DNA from: an uncultured Chthonomonadaceae bacterium | GTDB lineage: Bacteria > Armatimonadota > Chthonomonadetes > Chthonomonadales > Chthonomonadaceae | Direction: 5' to 3' | Assembly: GCA_963835065.1 (NCBI GenBank) | Contig: CAWIEK010000046.1 | Coordinates: 119,219-183,218 of the forward strand | DNA length: 64,000 nt | Shown: positions 30,911-42,024 of the stretch, in pieces | Numbering within the stretch: the first letter of the stretch is position 1 | Layout of the letters: each line of letters begins with the position of its first letter | Made by a program: the position numbers and the translations under genes | The notes under the pieces: generated by a model | Databases searched by the model: none | Told to the model about the DNA's origin: nothing | The model's input: only the letters and a program-made list of their open reading frames with translations

Positions 30911-31774
30911 TTAGTAATCCACAGGGCGCAGGTAGTAGTCATTGATGGAGGTGGACGAGAGCATGGCGGTTGTCGGCAGATGCCGCTTCCAGTGCGTCGA
31001 GTCCACCTTTTTCTTGACCAGCGTGACCTCGTGTTCGGGGAAGCCCATTTCCACCATGCGCGGGATTGTGTAGCCGCGCAATAGATAGTATAAGATGCGA
31101 TCAGCTTTGGGGTACGAGATGCCGAAGTCAATCTCGTCCGTTTGCCCTACGATTAAATCCGCCGATGCGGGCTTGTTGACGATCACATCCGGGACGCCGA
31201 TGTAGCGCGACAAGGCCCATACCTGCGTTTTGTACAAATCGCCAAGCGGGTTGACCGGGGGCGAATCATCGGCGTGCCAGGTGAAGTAGCCGAACAAGCG
31301 CTCCGTTTTGTTGCCTGTGCCGACAGGCAACGTTCCCAACTTCTGGCTCTGGTCGAACAGAATAATCATCCGCATCCGCGCCATGACATTGCCCCGCCTG
31401 CGCCCGTCCGCGTCCGAAGCGTATTTCAGATACCCATCTACCCCGTCCGTGATTTCGATGGTCTCCACATTGATGCCCGTCGCGTCCGCCACCAGCTGCG
31501 CATGGTCCAGGCTTTCGCGGGCGGAGGATTTGTAGGGCATACGGATGCCGTACACGTTTTGGGGTCCAAGCGCGCGGGCCAGCAGAAACGCCACCAGCGA
31601 CGAGTCCACGCCGCCCGACAAGCCGACAACCGCTTTGGTAAACCCGCGTCGGCGCGTAATCTCATCCTGCAAAAACGCCACAAGCCAATCCGTCAGCACC
31701 GGCTCATTCACTTTTAGATTGTCGTCCGCCTCAATATCGGTTGGCAATGGCGACAGCACAGGCAGCATAGTCAT
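30911..31774 (-). CDS. nadE: NH3-dependent NAD+ synthetase
   Basis: GLSGGVDS, GNVMARMRM, GTGNKTE, DLYKTQV, SADL..GQTDE. Confidence 0.95.
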   Translation of the reverse strand: MTMLPVLSPLPTDIEADDNLKVNEPVLTDWLVAFLQDEITRRRGFTKAVVGLSGGVDSSLVAFLLARALGPQNVYGIRMPYKSSARESLDHAQLVADATGINVETIEITDGVDGYLKYASDADGRRRGNVMARMRMIILFDQSQKLGTLPVGTGNKTERLFGYFTWHADDSPPVNPLGDLYKTQVWALSRYIGVPDVIVNKPASADLIVGQTDEIDFGISYPKADRILYYLLRGYTIPRMVEMGFPEHEVTLVKKKVDSTHWKRHLPTTAMLSSTSINDYYLRPVDY

Positions 31775-31835
31775 TACGGTTCTCCTAGTCCCTTGCGAAA
31801 ACGGCTTCATACACTTCTAAACGGCGCGGCACTAA

Positions 31836-31888
31836 AAGTTCGTAGTTCCTGCATCTCTATCAACTATGAACTATCAACTATCAACTGC
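31836..31888. repeat. (CTATCAA)n heptamer arm
   Basis: CTATCAACTATGAACTATCAACTATCAACT; same unit at 23337-23353, 35203-35223 and 42404-42428. Confidence 0.7.
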
Positions 31889-31894
31889 CTAGCT

Positions 31895-32929
31895 TCACTC
31901 CATCTCAAAGACCACTTTGCCGCACATTCCATCGCGCATCAGCGCCATGCCATGATCGAATTCTTCAAACGGCAGTTTGTGCGTGATGGCCGGCTCGATG
32001 TTGAGGCGTCCTGACGCGAGCAGGGCGCGCATCGTGTCCCAAGTTTCGTACAGGCGGCGTCCCACAATGCACTGTACCAGCAGTCCCTTGAAAATCATAT
32101 CTTCGGCCATGTCCAGTTCGACGGGCTGCGCCGGGATTCCTAACAGCGACACGCGCCCGCCCCGCCGCGCAATCCGCATCGCCTGCCGGATGGCGGACGG
32201 CGCTCCCGACATTTCCAGAACCACGTCCACGCCCTCGCCATTCGTGCGCTCTGCAATGGCCTCTTCCAGATTTGTCCGAGTTACGTCTACGGTCAGGTCG
32301 GCTCCAAGTTGTTTCGCCAGGTCAAGCCGGTACTCGCGGGTATCCGTTGCGATCACATCGGACGCGCCCGCCGTTTGCGCCACCGCGACGGCAAATATGC
32401 CAATCGGCCCGCATCCCAAAATAGCGACGGAGCGGCCTATCACTTCGCCCGCCAGCGTGGTATGCACGGCGTTGCCAAGTGGGTCCTGAATACAGGCTAG
32501 GTAGGGGGGAACGGCCCGGTCATTTTTCCACGCGCTGCCCTGCGGCACGACCACGTAGGGCGCAAAACAGCCGTCCACGTCCACGCCTAAAATTTTCGTG
32601 TTGGCGCAGACGTGTCGCTCATTAAGCAGGCACTGCTTGCAATGCCCGCAGACCCAGTGGCTTTCCCCGCTGACGTAATCGCCCACGCGCAGGTGAGTCA
32701 CATCCGCGCCCACTTCAACAATTTCGCCGGCAAATTCATGCCCCATAATGCGCGGCGGCTTCACCCGTCCCGCCGCCCACCGATCCCAGCTATAAATATG
32801 GTAATCCGTGCCGCAAATCGAAGTCGCCAGAACGCGCGCCTTGATCTGATCCGAGCGCGTAATCTGCGGCTCCGGCACGTCAATAATCTGCGCGCCCGGC
32901 CCCGCCTGTACCTTTGCAATCGCTTTCAT
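31895..32929 (-). CDS. tdh: L-threonine 3-dehydrogenase
   Basis: SICGTDYHIY..WDRWA, GHEFAG, DPLGNAVHT, GCGPIG, GRRLYETW. Confidence 0.93.
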   Translation of the reverse strand: MKAIAKVQAGPGAQIIDVPEPQITRSDQIKARVLATSICGTDYHIYSWDRWAAGRVKPPRIMGHEFAGEIVEVGADVTHLRVGDYVSGESHWVCGHCKQCLLNERHVCANTKILGVDVDGCFAPYVVVPQGSAWKNDRAVPPYLACIQDPLGNAVHTTLAGEVIGRSVAILGCGPIGIFAVAVAQTAGASDVIATDTREYRLDLAKQLGADLTVDVTRTNLEEAIAERTNGEGVDVVLEMSGAPSAIRQAMRIARRGGRVSLLGIPAQPVELDMAEDMIFKGLLVQCIVGRRLYETWDTMRALLASGRLNIEPAITHKLPFEEFDHGMALMRDGMCGKVVFEME

Positions 32930-32954
32930 GCGTGGTTTTCAATCCCTTTCTGTG

Positions 32955-33036
32955 AGGCATTAGGCATCAGCCTCTCATCAAGTTTCTGTGCAACTTATGG
33001 TCTGCCAATAATGCTAATGCCTAATGCCTAATGCCT
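32955..33036. repeat. Palindromic heptamer element (AGGCATT)n-spacer-(AATGCCT)n
   Basis: Complementary arms between the HTH gene and tdh. Confidence 0.8.
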
Positions 33037-33045
33037 TGTCCTTGA

Positions 33046-33573
33046 TTATACTCCCAAACCCTGCTCCACAAACCGCTCCAGCAAATCGGCGCAATGAGAC
33101 AGGTGTTTTGTCCAAAGCGCGCGGTCAGTGCCGGGGGGAAGTTGCGCCAATCCCTGTTCCAGGCGCTGCAGGCAGGCGCGTTCTTCTGCATCTAAAAAAA
33201 GGGACATTTGCAAATTGGAAGCGTTTGGCTCCGGCGCGGCAACGGCGGGAGCGAAACCTTCTTGATGTACGGCTTCTTGATTTACAGTCTGATTGATAAT
33301 TTCCTGCGGCTGCGATTTGCGCAGGAATGAATCGTCTTCCGGCACGAAGCCGGCCAGCAGCATCAGGCGCGTGGCGTCCTCATCCAGCGCCAGGGCGAAC
33401 CGGCGCAGGCTTTCCGCGGTGCGGGCATTGCCTTTGGCGAGTTCGCTGATGGTCGCGGTGGAAAGCCCGGTCAGCCGTTCGGCCTGCCGATACGACAGCC
33501 GCTTGCCGTCCACGCCCCGCCGTTCCAGTATCTCGTTGATGGCTTTTTCCAAACCGGGGCGGGCGCGCGCCAT
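33046..33573 (-). CDS. XRE-like helix-turn-helix protein
   Basis: LSYRQAERLTGLSTATISELAKG..LMLLAGF. Confidence 0.75.
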   Translation of the reverse strand: MARARPGLEKAINEILERRGVDGKRLSYRQAERLTGLSTATISELAKGNARTAESLRRFALALDEDATRLMLLAGFVPEDDSFLRKSQPQEIINQTVNQEAVHQEGFAPAVAAPEPNASNLQMSLFLDAEERACLQRLEQGLAQLPPGTDRALWTKHLSHCADLLERFVEQGLGV

Positions 33574-33882
33574 AAAATAAACCTTTCTCTGTCACACTAT
33601 ACGAAGCGAAACGTAATCTTTTCCGCAATTGCTTGTTTGAATCGGGATACAAAGCAGGATACCACAGGCGCAACGTCGTATCTAAATTACGAGCGAGGAA
33701 TTTGCCTGCATTTTTTCATGAAAAGATGCGGATGTGAAATTTTAGAAACATGCTTGCCCTCTGATACGTAATTATAAGTAGAAGATAAAAGCAACTCAAG
33801 ATTGGTCCGGCTTACTCAGAGACCGACGGAAGAGTCAGATTGGCGTGTTTGTCTTCTGGTATGTCAAGAAAGAGGCTATCGT

Positions 33883-35191
33883 GATGAAACTGAATAGAGC
33901 GTCACAAACCCATAAGAATTCGTCTCTGTTACCAAAGTTTACCCTGTCGCCTGCCCTGCTGACCGGCCTTATGGCTGCGGCCTTGCCATCCGTCGTCAGC
34001 GCGCAGGCCCGTGAAGCGCGTGGGAACTATTCGCCGCCGACTGTTTCGCGCCCCGCTGCGCCGTCGCCGACGTTCTCACGCCCGAACTATACGCCGTCTG
34101 CGCCGTCGTTCCAATCGCCTTCCTTCTCGTCTCCCCAGGCAGGGGCGGGAATGCGAACCGCGCCCACTGTTACGTCGCCCGGCCAGAGCAGCCTGGGCAA
34201 CAACACCAGCCTCGGCACAACACTCTTTTACCAGGCCAATCCAACGAACGGCCAAACAACTCGTACACAGATGCCAGGCAGCGGCACGACGCGAACGCCG
34301 GGTGGCTCCATAATCTATGGCGGGCGTCCGGGACAAACGACCACGCAAATGCCTACGACGCGGATTGTAAACACCAATCCGGGCGCGATCAACGGCATTA
34401 TCACGAATCCTAACAGCAGCTACAACCGCTTTAATAACTCGGCGGAAGCGCGGCGGTTCCGGTTCGGCGTCCCGAATCATGGACGTTACTATTACGGCAA
34501 TTATGGCGGGTTCGGCTATTTCCCCGGATCGCTGGCCTACTCGCCGTACTACTCGCCGTACTATTCGTTTGGATACACGGCCCTGTCGCCGTATGCCTTC
34601 TATTATGGCGCGTATCCTCCGTTTATTACGCTGGGCAGCGTATATGCCGAGCCGCCGCAATATGTGTACGTTCCCTATCCCGTCTATCAGGACGGCGCGT
34701 ACAACGGCTATCGCAGCGATGACGTGGATGGCTACTACCTGAACCGCAACAATGCGCAGGATGGCGGCTATCGCGTCGGTGAAAATGCCCGCAAGTCCGT
34801 CAAGGAAGCGGTCAAGGACCCCCTCCTCGATGCGACGATAGCCGACATTCAGAACGCCTGGAAGACGAGCAAACTTGACACGCTTGCCAAGCACGTCCGC
34901 CGGGATGCGCGCGTGGCGGTGTACCTGCGCGGCAAGTACCAGTATTCCCTGGACGCGGGCGATTACCTGGACATGACCCGCGATGCGCTTGCGGCCACCA
35001 AGACCTCAAGTTTCGAACTGAACAACGTGCAGCGCAAGCAAAAGGACGTGTACACGGTTACGGGTCGCCACGTTTACCGCGACAAGGATGACAACGAGCA
35101 TACCGTGTTCATCACCTACGTGCTGGAAAAGTCCGAAGCGGATTACATCATCACGCAGGTCGGCTCCGCGCCCGAAAAAGTAGAAGAGTAG
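33883..35191 (+). CDS. Exported Pro/Thr- and Tyr/Gly-rich protein with C-terminal NTF2-like domain
   Basis: Signal-like segment, low-complexity linker, YSPYY repeats, ~110-aa alpha/beta C-terminus. Confidence 0.7.
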
Positions 35192-35199
35192 GGGCGGTT

Positions 35200-35263
35200 A
35201 GGGGTTGATAGTTGAGGGTTGAGGGTAACGGCGCTGATTGCGTTGTATGTACCCTCAACCCTT
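35200..35263 (+). terminator. Heptamer-derived hairpin followed by a U-run
   Basis: AGGGTTGAGGGTA ... TACCCTCAACCCTTTTT. Confidence 0.6.
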
Positions 35264-35359
35264 TTTCTGCTTTTTCTCCCGGTCTATTGTGGTAAGCAGC
35301 GTTGATACGTTCCTGAAAATGTCAGTGTTAAATTTTATTGTTGATTACGCAGGAATAAT

Positions 35360-37030
35360 TTGGTGTCCTGTGTAATCATAGCCTGCTTGCCTTACAGCCG
35401 CTCAACCGCTACGAAAGGGAGAAACGTTCATGTCCGTTCGCGCTCCGCCGCCGCATGGTTCCACATTTCGACTTTGACTTGCCTGCTTTCCACCGGCTTG
35501 CTTTCCACCTGCCTGCTTCCCGTTGCCCGCGCCGATGAGCGCGCTGCATCGCGGCGCTTTGAGGCCGCGAAAGCGGATGAGCCGTCCCTCATCGCTTTTT
35601 GCAAAGCCATGCCTAAAGGCGCGGACCTGCACGTCCATGTGAGCGGGGCGGCGTATGCGGAATATGCGCTGGACAACGCGATTGCGCAAAAACTGTTTTA
35701 TGATCCGGGGAGCGGCCTGTTTGTTACCGAGGACACGCGCCAAACCCTGCCTGCGCAGGATTTGCTCAAGCCCGCCAATGGTGACCTGCTGGGCAAGTTT
35801 CTGGACGCGGCCAGTATGCGCGGGCTGAAACCCGACAGCGAAAGCGGGCACGACCATTTCTTTGCCGCGTTCGGCTTCATTGACAGCGCGCAGACCAACC
35901 GCCCGGACATAGATGTCAACGGTGAAGTGATTGCGCGCGCTCTGGCGCAAAACGAGCAGTATCTGGAACTGATGACGAGGGTTGCGCCTGATGCGGCGTA
36001 CAATCTGCTCAAATCGCCGCCGCCTGTCAACAACGTCAATGCGCCTGCCGACCTGCAAGCCGCCCTGACCTCCTTGAAACCCCGCCTGCAGGAATTTATC
36101 GCGCAATCTAAACGCTTCCTTGACAACTATGACACGCAACTGGCGGCGCGGGTACAAAAAACGCGCGCTGCGACAGCCACAAACAACCCCGAACCCATCA
36201 GCGGGGCGCAGAGTCCGATTACCGTGCGCTACATCGTGTCCACCAGCCGCTTGAAACCGGATTCGGACTTTTTCGCGGTCATGGCGGCGGGCATGGCGCT
36301 GATGCAGGAGGACAAGCGCGTTGTGGGCGTCAACATTGTCGCGCCGGAAGACCATCCGTTCGCGCGCCTGCATTTCCATGCGCAAATGCAGATGCTGGAC
36401 TTTTTGTGGCAGCAATTGGGCCATCCCAACATCACGCTTCACGCCGGGGAACTGACGCCTACGATTTCACCCCTCGAAGCCATGCAGTCGCGCATCCGGG
36501 ATTCCATCCAAATCGGCCATGCGCGGCGCATCGGACATGGCATTTCCATCGCGTGGGAGGATGGAGTAGGGGAACTGCTGCGGAACATGCGCCGGCAGGG
36601 CGTTGCGGTGGAAATCTGCCTGACCAGCAACGCGGGCATTTTGGGCGTGGAAGGCAATCGCCACCCCTTTATGCTGTACCGAAAAGCCGGCGTACCCGTC
36701 ACGCTGAACACGGATGATGAGGCCATCAACCGCAGTTCGCTGACAATGGAATTTGTACGCGCCGCCCGAACCTACAACCTCTCGTATGCGGACGTGAAGA
36801 CATTGGCGCGCAACAGCATCGCGTATTCCTTTCTAAAAGGCGACAGTCTATTTATGGACGCCGAGTACCACAGCCTGCGCCCGGAGTTCGCCGGAATTAC
36901 GCGCCCCGATTGGAAGCCTTCGCCGGAAGCGCGGAAATTGCTGGACGGTTCGGAAAAGATGCAGGTGCAGGCGCGCTTGGAGCAGGCGTTCGCGCTTTTC
37001 GAGAACGCCCCCGAAGAAGACATTCGTTGA
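35360..37030 (+). CDS. Adenosine deaminase-like protein, probably exported (start uncertain)
   Basis: MPKGADLHVHVSG, TLHAGE, RIGHG, EICLTSN, NTDDE; AxA signal motif. Confidence 0.88.
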   Translation: MVSCVIIACLPYSRSTATKGRNVHVRSRSAAAWFHISTLTCLLSTGLLSTCLLPVARADERAASRRFEAAKADEPSLIAFCKAMPKGADLHVHVSGAAYAEYALDNAIAQKLFYDPGSGLFVTEDTRQTLPAQDLLKPANGDLLGKFLDAASMRGLKPDSESGHDHFFAAFGFIDSAQTNRPDIDVNGEVIARALAQNEQYLELMTRVAPDAAYNLLKSPPPVNNVNAPADLQAALTSLKPRLQEFIAQSKRFLDNYDTQLAARVQKTRAATATNNPEPISGAQSPITVRYIVSTSRLKPDSDFFAVMAAGMALMQEDKRVVGVNIVAPEDHPFARLHFHAQMQMLDFLWQQLGHPNITLHAGELTPTISPLEAMQSRIRDSIQIGHARRIGHGISIAWEDGVGELLRNMRRQGVAVEICLTSNAGILGVEGNRHPFMLYRKAGVPVTLNTDDEAINRSSLTMEFVRAARTYNLSYADVKTLARNSIAYSFLKGDSLFMDAEYHSLRPEFAGITRPDWKPSPEARKLLDGSEKMQVQARLEQAFALFENAPEEDIR

Positions 37031-37035
37031 ACGGG

Positions 37036-37190
37036 GTAACTTTTCACCACCAAGACGCCAGGAACACCAAGAGAAAACAAGCAACGAAAAAGGCACAAAA
37101 TCGAAGACAGGCTCGTTCGCTCTTGCAATTCGATAACAACTTCTTCTCATTCTGCTTGGTGTTCTTCGTGTCTTGGTGGTGAAAAGTTAC
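37036..37190. repeat. Long palindromic element with (CACCAAGA)-type arms
   Basis: GTAACTTTTCACCACCAAGAC ... GTCTTGGTGGTGAAAAGTTAC. Confidence 0.9.
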
Positions 37191-37326
37191 AAACGGATAA
37201 TCGTCAGGAACACGCGGCCAAAATTATTCGTCAGTTCCGTGTCACTTTTTTGACGAAGCGCCGTTACGTTAAGAATGTTCCGCGCCGATGCGGGCATAAA
37301 AACAAATATCAAGGAGATACATTGTC

Positions 37327-37701
37327 ATGAAGCAACTATCCACTTCTTCACGCGCCATACGTTTGACCGCCGTTCTCGGCCTGACCGGATTGCTTGCCGG
37401 ATTCGTGTCCGCCACGCCCGCGCATGCCGACGATGACTGGCATTTTCATCGCTACGACGCCCATCTGGATTATCGCCTGGATCGTGATGCGGTTCGACGC
37501 GACGAGAACCTGCTGCACAGTTTGTACAATCAGAAGCGGGATGCGCAGCGCAACCATGATAATTTCCGCGTCCGCAGCCTGAACCGGCGCATCAGCGACA
37601 TTCGCGCCCGTCTGGACACCAATCGTTACGAACTGCGCACAGACCGCAATCGTGACCGCAACCGTGACCGCGCAGACTGGCATGGGGATCACCGCCCGTA
37701 G
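37327..37701 (+). CDS. Small exported Arg/Asp-rich helical protein
   Basis: AAGGAG SD, signal peptide ..PAHA-DD. Confidence 0.75.
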   Translation: MKQLSTSSRAIRLTAVLGLTGLLAGFVSATPAHADDDWHFHRYDAHLDYRLDRDAVRRDENLLHSLYNQKRDAQRNHDNFRVRSLNRRISDIRARLDTNRYELRTDRNRDRNRDRADWHGDHRP

Positions 37702-37905
37702 TTTCTGACAGCATAGCAGGGATGAACCCGTTTCAATAAACGAAAGGTTCACCGGCAACTTCAGCCTCGAATCATTACGGTTCGGGGCTGTGGTTTGTTT
37801 GGGGCACATTCCTCTGGACGTTTCCTGTTCAACTTGCTATAATAGCGCAGATAACTGCTTTTGCCAAACCTGCATTACCTTAACGGCTGAAAGGAAACGC
37901 GCCGC

Positions 37906-38694
37906 ATGTCGGAAACTACGGTCACGGCCACGCCTGCGGAAACTGCGCCGATGCTCCCGCCCCCTGCTCCTTCCGCATGGCAACAAGGGTGGCAATGGTT
38001 CAAAACACAAGCGCAGTTTGCTGTCACGGGCGTACTCATTGACAGTTTTCTGCTGTTTGAAAACACCATTGACCTGCGCGTGTACGGTCTGGAACGGCTG
38101 CGGGAAGTGAAAGCATCAGGACACAACCCCCTGCTGGTGATCTGGCACGGACAGGGATTGCTGCCCATGACCACGTTTCGCAACGAGCATCTGTGCCTGT
38201 ACGCCTCGCACACCCGCGACGAGCCTTACCCGCGTGGCCTGCTGATTTTGCGGCACTGGACGCTGCGCCTGATCGAGCGCATGGGCTACAGCGTACTGGA
38301 CGCTTCGCAGTTCAAAAGCGAGTCGCGGGGCGTGATGAAGTTCGTGGATTTATTGCGCGGGGGAACCGGGTCGGTCATCGCCGCCGATGGTCCCGCCGGC
38401 CCGATCTACAAAGCCAAGCCCGGCCCGGCCTTTCTCGCCAAAAAATCGGGCGTGATGCTGGTTCCGCTCGGCGCAGCGATTTCTTCGGGCTTCCACATGG
38501 ATCAATGGGATCGTTTCGAGATACCCGCGCCCTTTTCCCACGCCGTCCTTGTGATTGGCGAACCGATTATGGTTCCTCCCCACGCAAAGGACGCCGCTTT
38601 GGAAGCCGCCCGCCTCGCGCTGGAAACGGAAATGAACGCAAGCGTTGCCGAAGCCCAATCCCGCCTGCACAGAAGAACAAAGGAGGAAGGATGA
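37906..38694 (+). CDS. DUF374 / lysophospholipid acyltransferase-family protein
   Basis: IWHG, ADGPAGP, WDRFEIPAPFS. Confidence 0.8.
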   Translation: MSETTVTATPAETAPMLPPPAPSAWQQGWQWFKTQAQFAVTGVLIDSFLLFENTIDLRVYGLERLREVKASGHNPLLVIWHGQGLLPMTTFRNEHLCLYASHTRDEPYPRGLLILRHWTLRLIERMGYSVLDASQFKSESRGVMKFVDLLRGGTGSVIAADGPAGPIYKAKPGPAFLAKKSGVMLVPLGAAISSGFHMDQWDRFEIPAPFSHAVLVIGEPIMVPPHAKDAALEAARLALETEMNASVAEAQSRLHRRTKEEG

Positions 38695-38764
38695 AGAAGT
38701 TGACGCATACGTAGCGCATTGCAAACGTATGGACTAAAGCCCAATACTGTTCAAATAAGAGTTT

Positions 38765-38910
38765 GTAGGGGCACAACATGTTGTGCCCGCGCTCTTAGCA
38801 TGTTGTGCCCGCGCTTCCAAACCGTACCCGCCCGCCGCATTACAGGAAGAGGACTCGCTGTAGGAAGAGGACACGCCATAAGAAGAGGACACAACATGTT
38901 GTGTCCCTAC
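38765..38910. repeat. GTAG-type REP doublet (REPIN-like)
   Basis: GTAG-GGGCACAACATGTTGTGCCC ... GGACACAACATGTTGTGTCC-CTAC. Confidence 0.8.
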
Positions 38911-38938
38911 GACGTTCTTTTTGATGTGCAGAATCGGC

Positions 38939-39316
38939 TTACTTGAACGATATTGGGTACAGTACCCTGCCTTTGTTCCAGTATCTCCCTCACAAAAAAG
39001 TCACCAATTTCGAGACGCGCCGACACTTCCTGTGGCGTCCGCACTAAAATGTCCATCGGCAAAAATGGCACTTGCGCAATTTTCGTGACCTCCATGATAC
39101 GCTGATGCGGCGTGAGTTCGGAATCCATGATGATGAACAAATCCACGTCACTGTTTCGGTGTGGCGGCCGTAAGCATACGAGCCAAACAAAATCACCTGA
39201 TGCGGCGCGAACGCCTGCACAATGCGTTGCGTAACATCCGCCAGCAGCGTTTCCGTAACCTGCGGGCGCAGCGTGTCATTCAGGGAAGGCCGAAGTTGAA
39301 TTGTTTCATGGCTCAT
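38939..39316 (-). CDS. Minimal nucleotidyltransferase (MNT), frameshifted
   Basis: PHQVILFGSYAYG / DSDVDLFIIM / PMDILVRTP / GRVLY. Confidence 0.8.
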
Positions 39317-39359
39317 AGCGTTGTTCTTTGAAATCTTCTTCCGCAATGTTACTCACATT

Positions 39360-41930
39360 TTATGCCGGCTCGACTATAGCCTCTTCCTCTTCCGGCAAAC
39401 TGTTGATCCAATCCTGCATTTGACGCACACCTTCTTCCAATCCCACAGCCGCATACCCGCGCATGGCGTTTGTCCAGGCCTCACGCGCTCCCCCATTAGC
39501 GCCAATGATTTCCAATACGATGCCCATATTTGCCAGCGTTGCTGCCCACTCCTGCGGCAATGTGTCTTCGCGGCGAACGCGCAGGGTGGCTTCATAGCAG
39601 GCGATGGCTTTCGTCAGGTTCTCGCCTCGGTCGCCAAGCGGCAGGTTTCGGTAAACAATGCCCAGGTTGTTCTGCGCCATTGCCGCTTTCCTGTCGCGCG
39701 GCGACGTGTCTTCCCGGCGAACCCGAAGGGCGGCTTCGTAGCAGGCAATGGCTTTCAGCAGGTTCTCGCCTCTGTCGCCAAGTGGTAAATTTTTGTAGGC
39801 ACGCCCCAAGTTGTTCTGCGTCGTAGCCCACTGTTGCGGCAAACGTGTCTTCGCGGCGAACGCGCAGGGCGGCTTCGTAGCAGGCAATGGCTTTCAGCAG
39901 GTTCTCGCCTCTGTCGCCAAGTGGCAACTCCTGATAGGCGTCCCCAGGTTGTTCTGCGTCATTGCCCACTCCTGCGGCAATGTGTCTTCGCGGCGCACGC
40001 GCAGGGCGGCTTCGTAGCAGGCAATGGCTTTAGCAGGTTCTCGCCTCTGTCGCCAAGTGGCAGATATTGGTAAAGCAAGTTGCCCTAGGTTGTTCTGCGT
40101 CATTGCCCAATCCTGCGGAAACGTAGTCTTCGCTGGCGAACTGCTGCAAGAGCGGCTTCGTAGCAGGCAATGGCGCGTTGCAGATTGACTGCGCGATTGC
40201 CGAGTGCGGTTTCCTGTAATTCCACCCCAAGATCGTTCAGCGCGACGGCTTCAAGGGTTGTGGACGTAGGGCGTGTTTCCAGACCGGTTGCCGTCCACCA
40301 GTCCAGCAGGCGCAAGTGTGTGGCGGTTCGCAGGGCGCGGCGTTCCCGTTCCGCCAGTTGATTCCACTCGTCACGGGCGGCTTGCGGTTCCAGATGCCAG
40401 CGGTGATACCAGGCGAGCGCGGCGTATTCGTCCGTATCGGAGTGGGCGCGGGACTGCCAGTGTACGCGAAAAGCCGTGTGAATGGCCGCAACATCCGCGT
40501 CGGGCGTCAGTTCGCACAAGGCTTCCGTCATGGTGCGGTGCATACGGAAAAACGCGCTTCCGTCTGCTTCCTCCTGCGCCTGTTCCTTCTCCATGAAGGT
40601 GAAGCCCGTCAGCATTTGCCATCCGGCGCGGCCTACGGCGTGTCGGCGGCGATCCGCGAAATCCAGCCCACAGGTTTCATCGAAGCGGGGCGTCAGCGCC
40701 AGTTCCTTCACCCACAGGCTCATGTCCTTGTCGTGCAGCGATTTGAGGAAGCGGTCTGCCAGTTCGCGGGCTGCGCCTACCGTCGAAATGTCGCTGAAAA
40801 ACTCCGGTGGCGGATCGGCGTTTTTGGCAGGATTGCTGCGCATATTGAGAACGATTTCGGCGCACAGCGCCAGATAGAGGGGATGGCAGGCGGGTTCCCG
40901 CTTCGGATCGTGTTCCACATTGCAGCACCGGAGAATGGCTTGCTGCAAGGGCATGGGCGCTTTGTCCTGCGCAAAGCCGATGCCGCACTTCGCCAGAAAG
41001 TCCTGCGCGTCGCCGAACGGCAGACCGCCCATTAGATGCGCGTCCACCAGCGCGTCGGTTTCCCACCGGGTTTGCGTGTCCGGGTCGTCATGCCATTGCA
41101 GCAGGTCGCGCCCGCCGATAACGAGCAGAATACGCAGGTCGGGATGCAGGCAGTAAGCGGCCAGCGTTCGCGCCCAGTCGTCGAGATGCAGGGCTTCCGA
41201 AGTCTGGTCTTTGTCGCGCCCCGCCCATAGCGCCTCGTAGGTATCAAGAAACAAGACCGCGCGGCAGCATTTGCCCGCCGCGCCGCTTTTTCAGATGCTC
41301 GGCCAAATCCTGCGCGAATCGGCGCAGCAGTTCGTCGGGCAGGGTACGGTCATTCTGTTCCGCGCGCCGCCGCAGTTCGATAACGTCACTGGTTCCTCCG
41401 GCCTTGCGCAGCAGGGCTTCCAGCCAGAGGTGTTTCCGCGCTTCGGTTTCGATGGCCTTGCCCATGCCCGCCAGCGGCACGGACGCCACCGAGGTTGTAA
41501 ACTGAAAGACGCTGTTGAGATGCGGGTTCATCTGCACGATGTCCGGGGCTTTGCCGCCCTCGTTCGCCAGCATCACGGCCAGGCACAGATCGAAACGGGG
41601 AAACTCGATGCGGAAGTCGCGCCCCAAATCGCTGCGCCAGCGCAGCAGGGCTTTGCGGTACGCCTGCGCCGGGCCTTCGCTGTCTTCCAGATTGAACCGG
41701 GCGTGAGGCACATCGGCAAAATGCGCGTCCAGTTCGGCGTCCAGTTTTTGCAGCAGCGACGATTTGCCGATGCCGCCCACGCCGTGAAACATCAGGACGC
41801 GCAGCGTTGCCGCGTCCGACGCCTTGATATAGTCGTGAAACGTTTCAATGAAGCCGACGCGATCCGTAAAATACTCGCGGGCGGCGCGTTGCGGCAAGCG
41901 TTCTTTCGGCGCGAATGGGTCCAGCGGCAT
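39360..41930 (-). CDS. STAND/AAA-type P-loop NTPase with C-terminal TPR repeats (several frameshifts)
   Basis: FTDR, Walker A HGVGGIGKSS, Walker B FLDTYE, CHPLYLAL, repeats WAxTQNNLG..GDRGENLLKAIACYEAAL. Confidence 0.85.
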
Positions 41931-41995
41931 AAGTTTCCCTTTGATTAAGCGCAATCACTATAAATTTATTAACAAACCTCGGTTCAAAAGAGTTC

Positions 41996-42023
41996 TACAG
42001 CAGTTCGCGCAGGGGCGGGCGGC
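41996..42023 (-). repeat. Direct repeat of the DUF1501 gene 3' end (partner at 42687-42715)
   Basis: TACAGCAGTTCGCGCAGGGG(G)CGGGCGGC at both sites. Confidence 0.85.
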
Positions 42024-42024
42024 T

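Noticed and set aside
39540..40200. TPR DNA repeats as a DGR template/variable region
   Set aside because: No reverse transcriptase in the window, and the differences do not look adenine-specific; they are ordinary intragenic tandem repeats.
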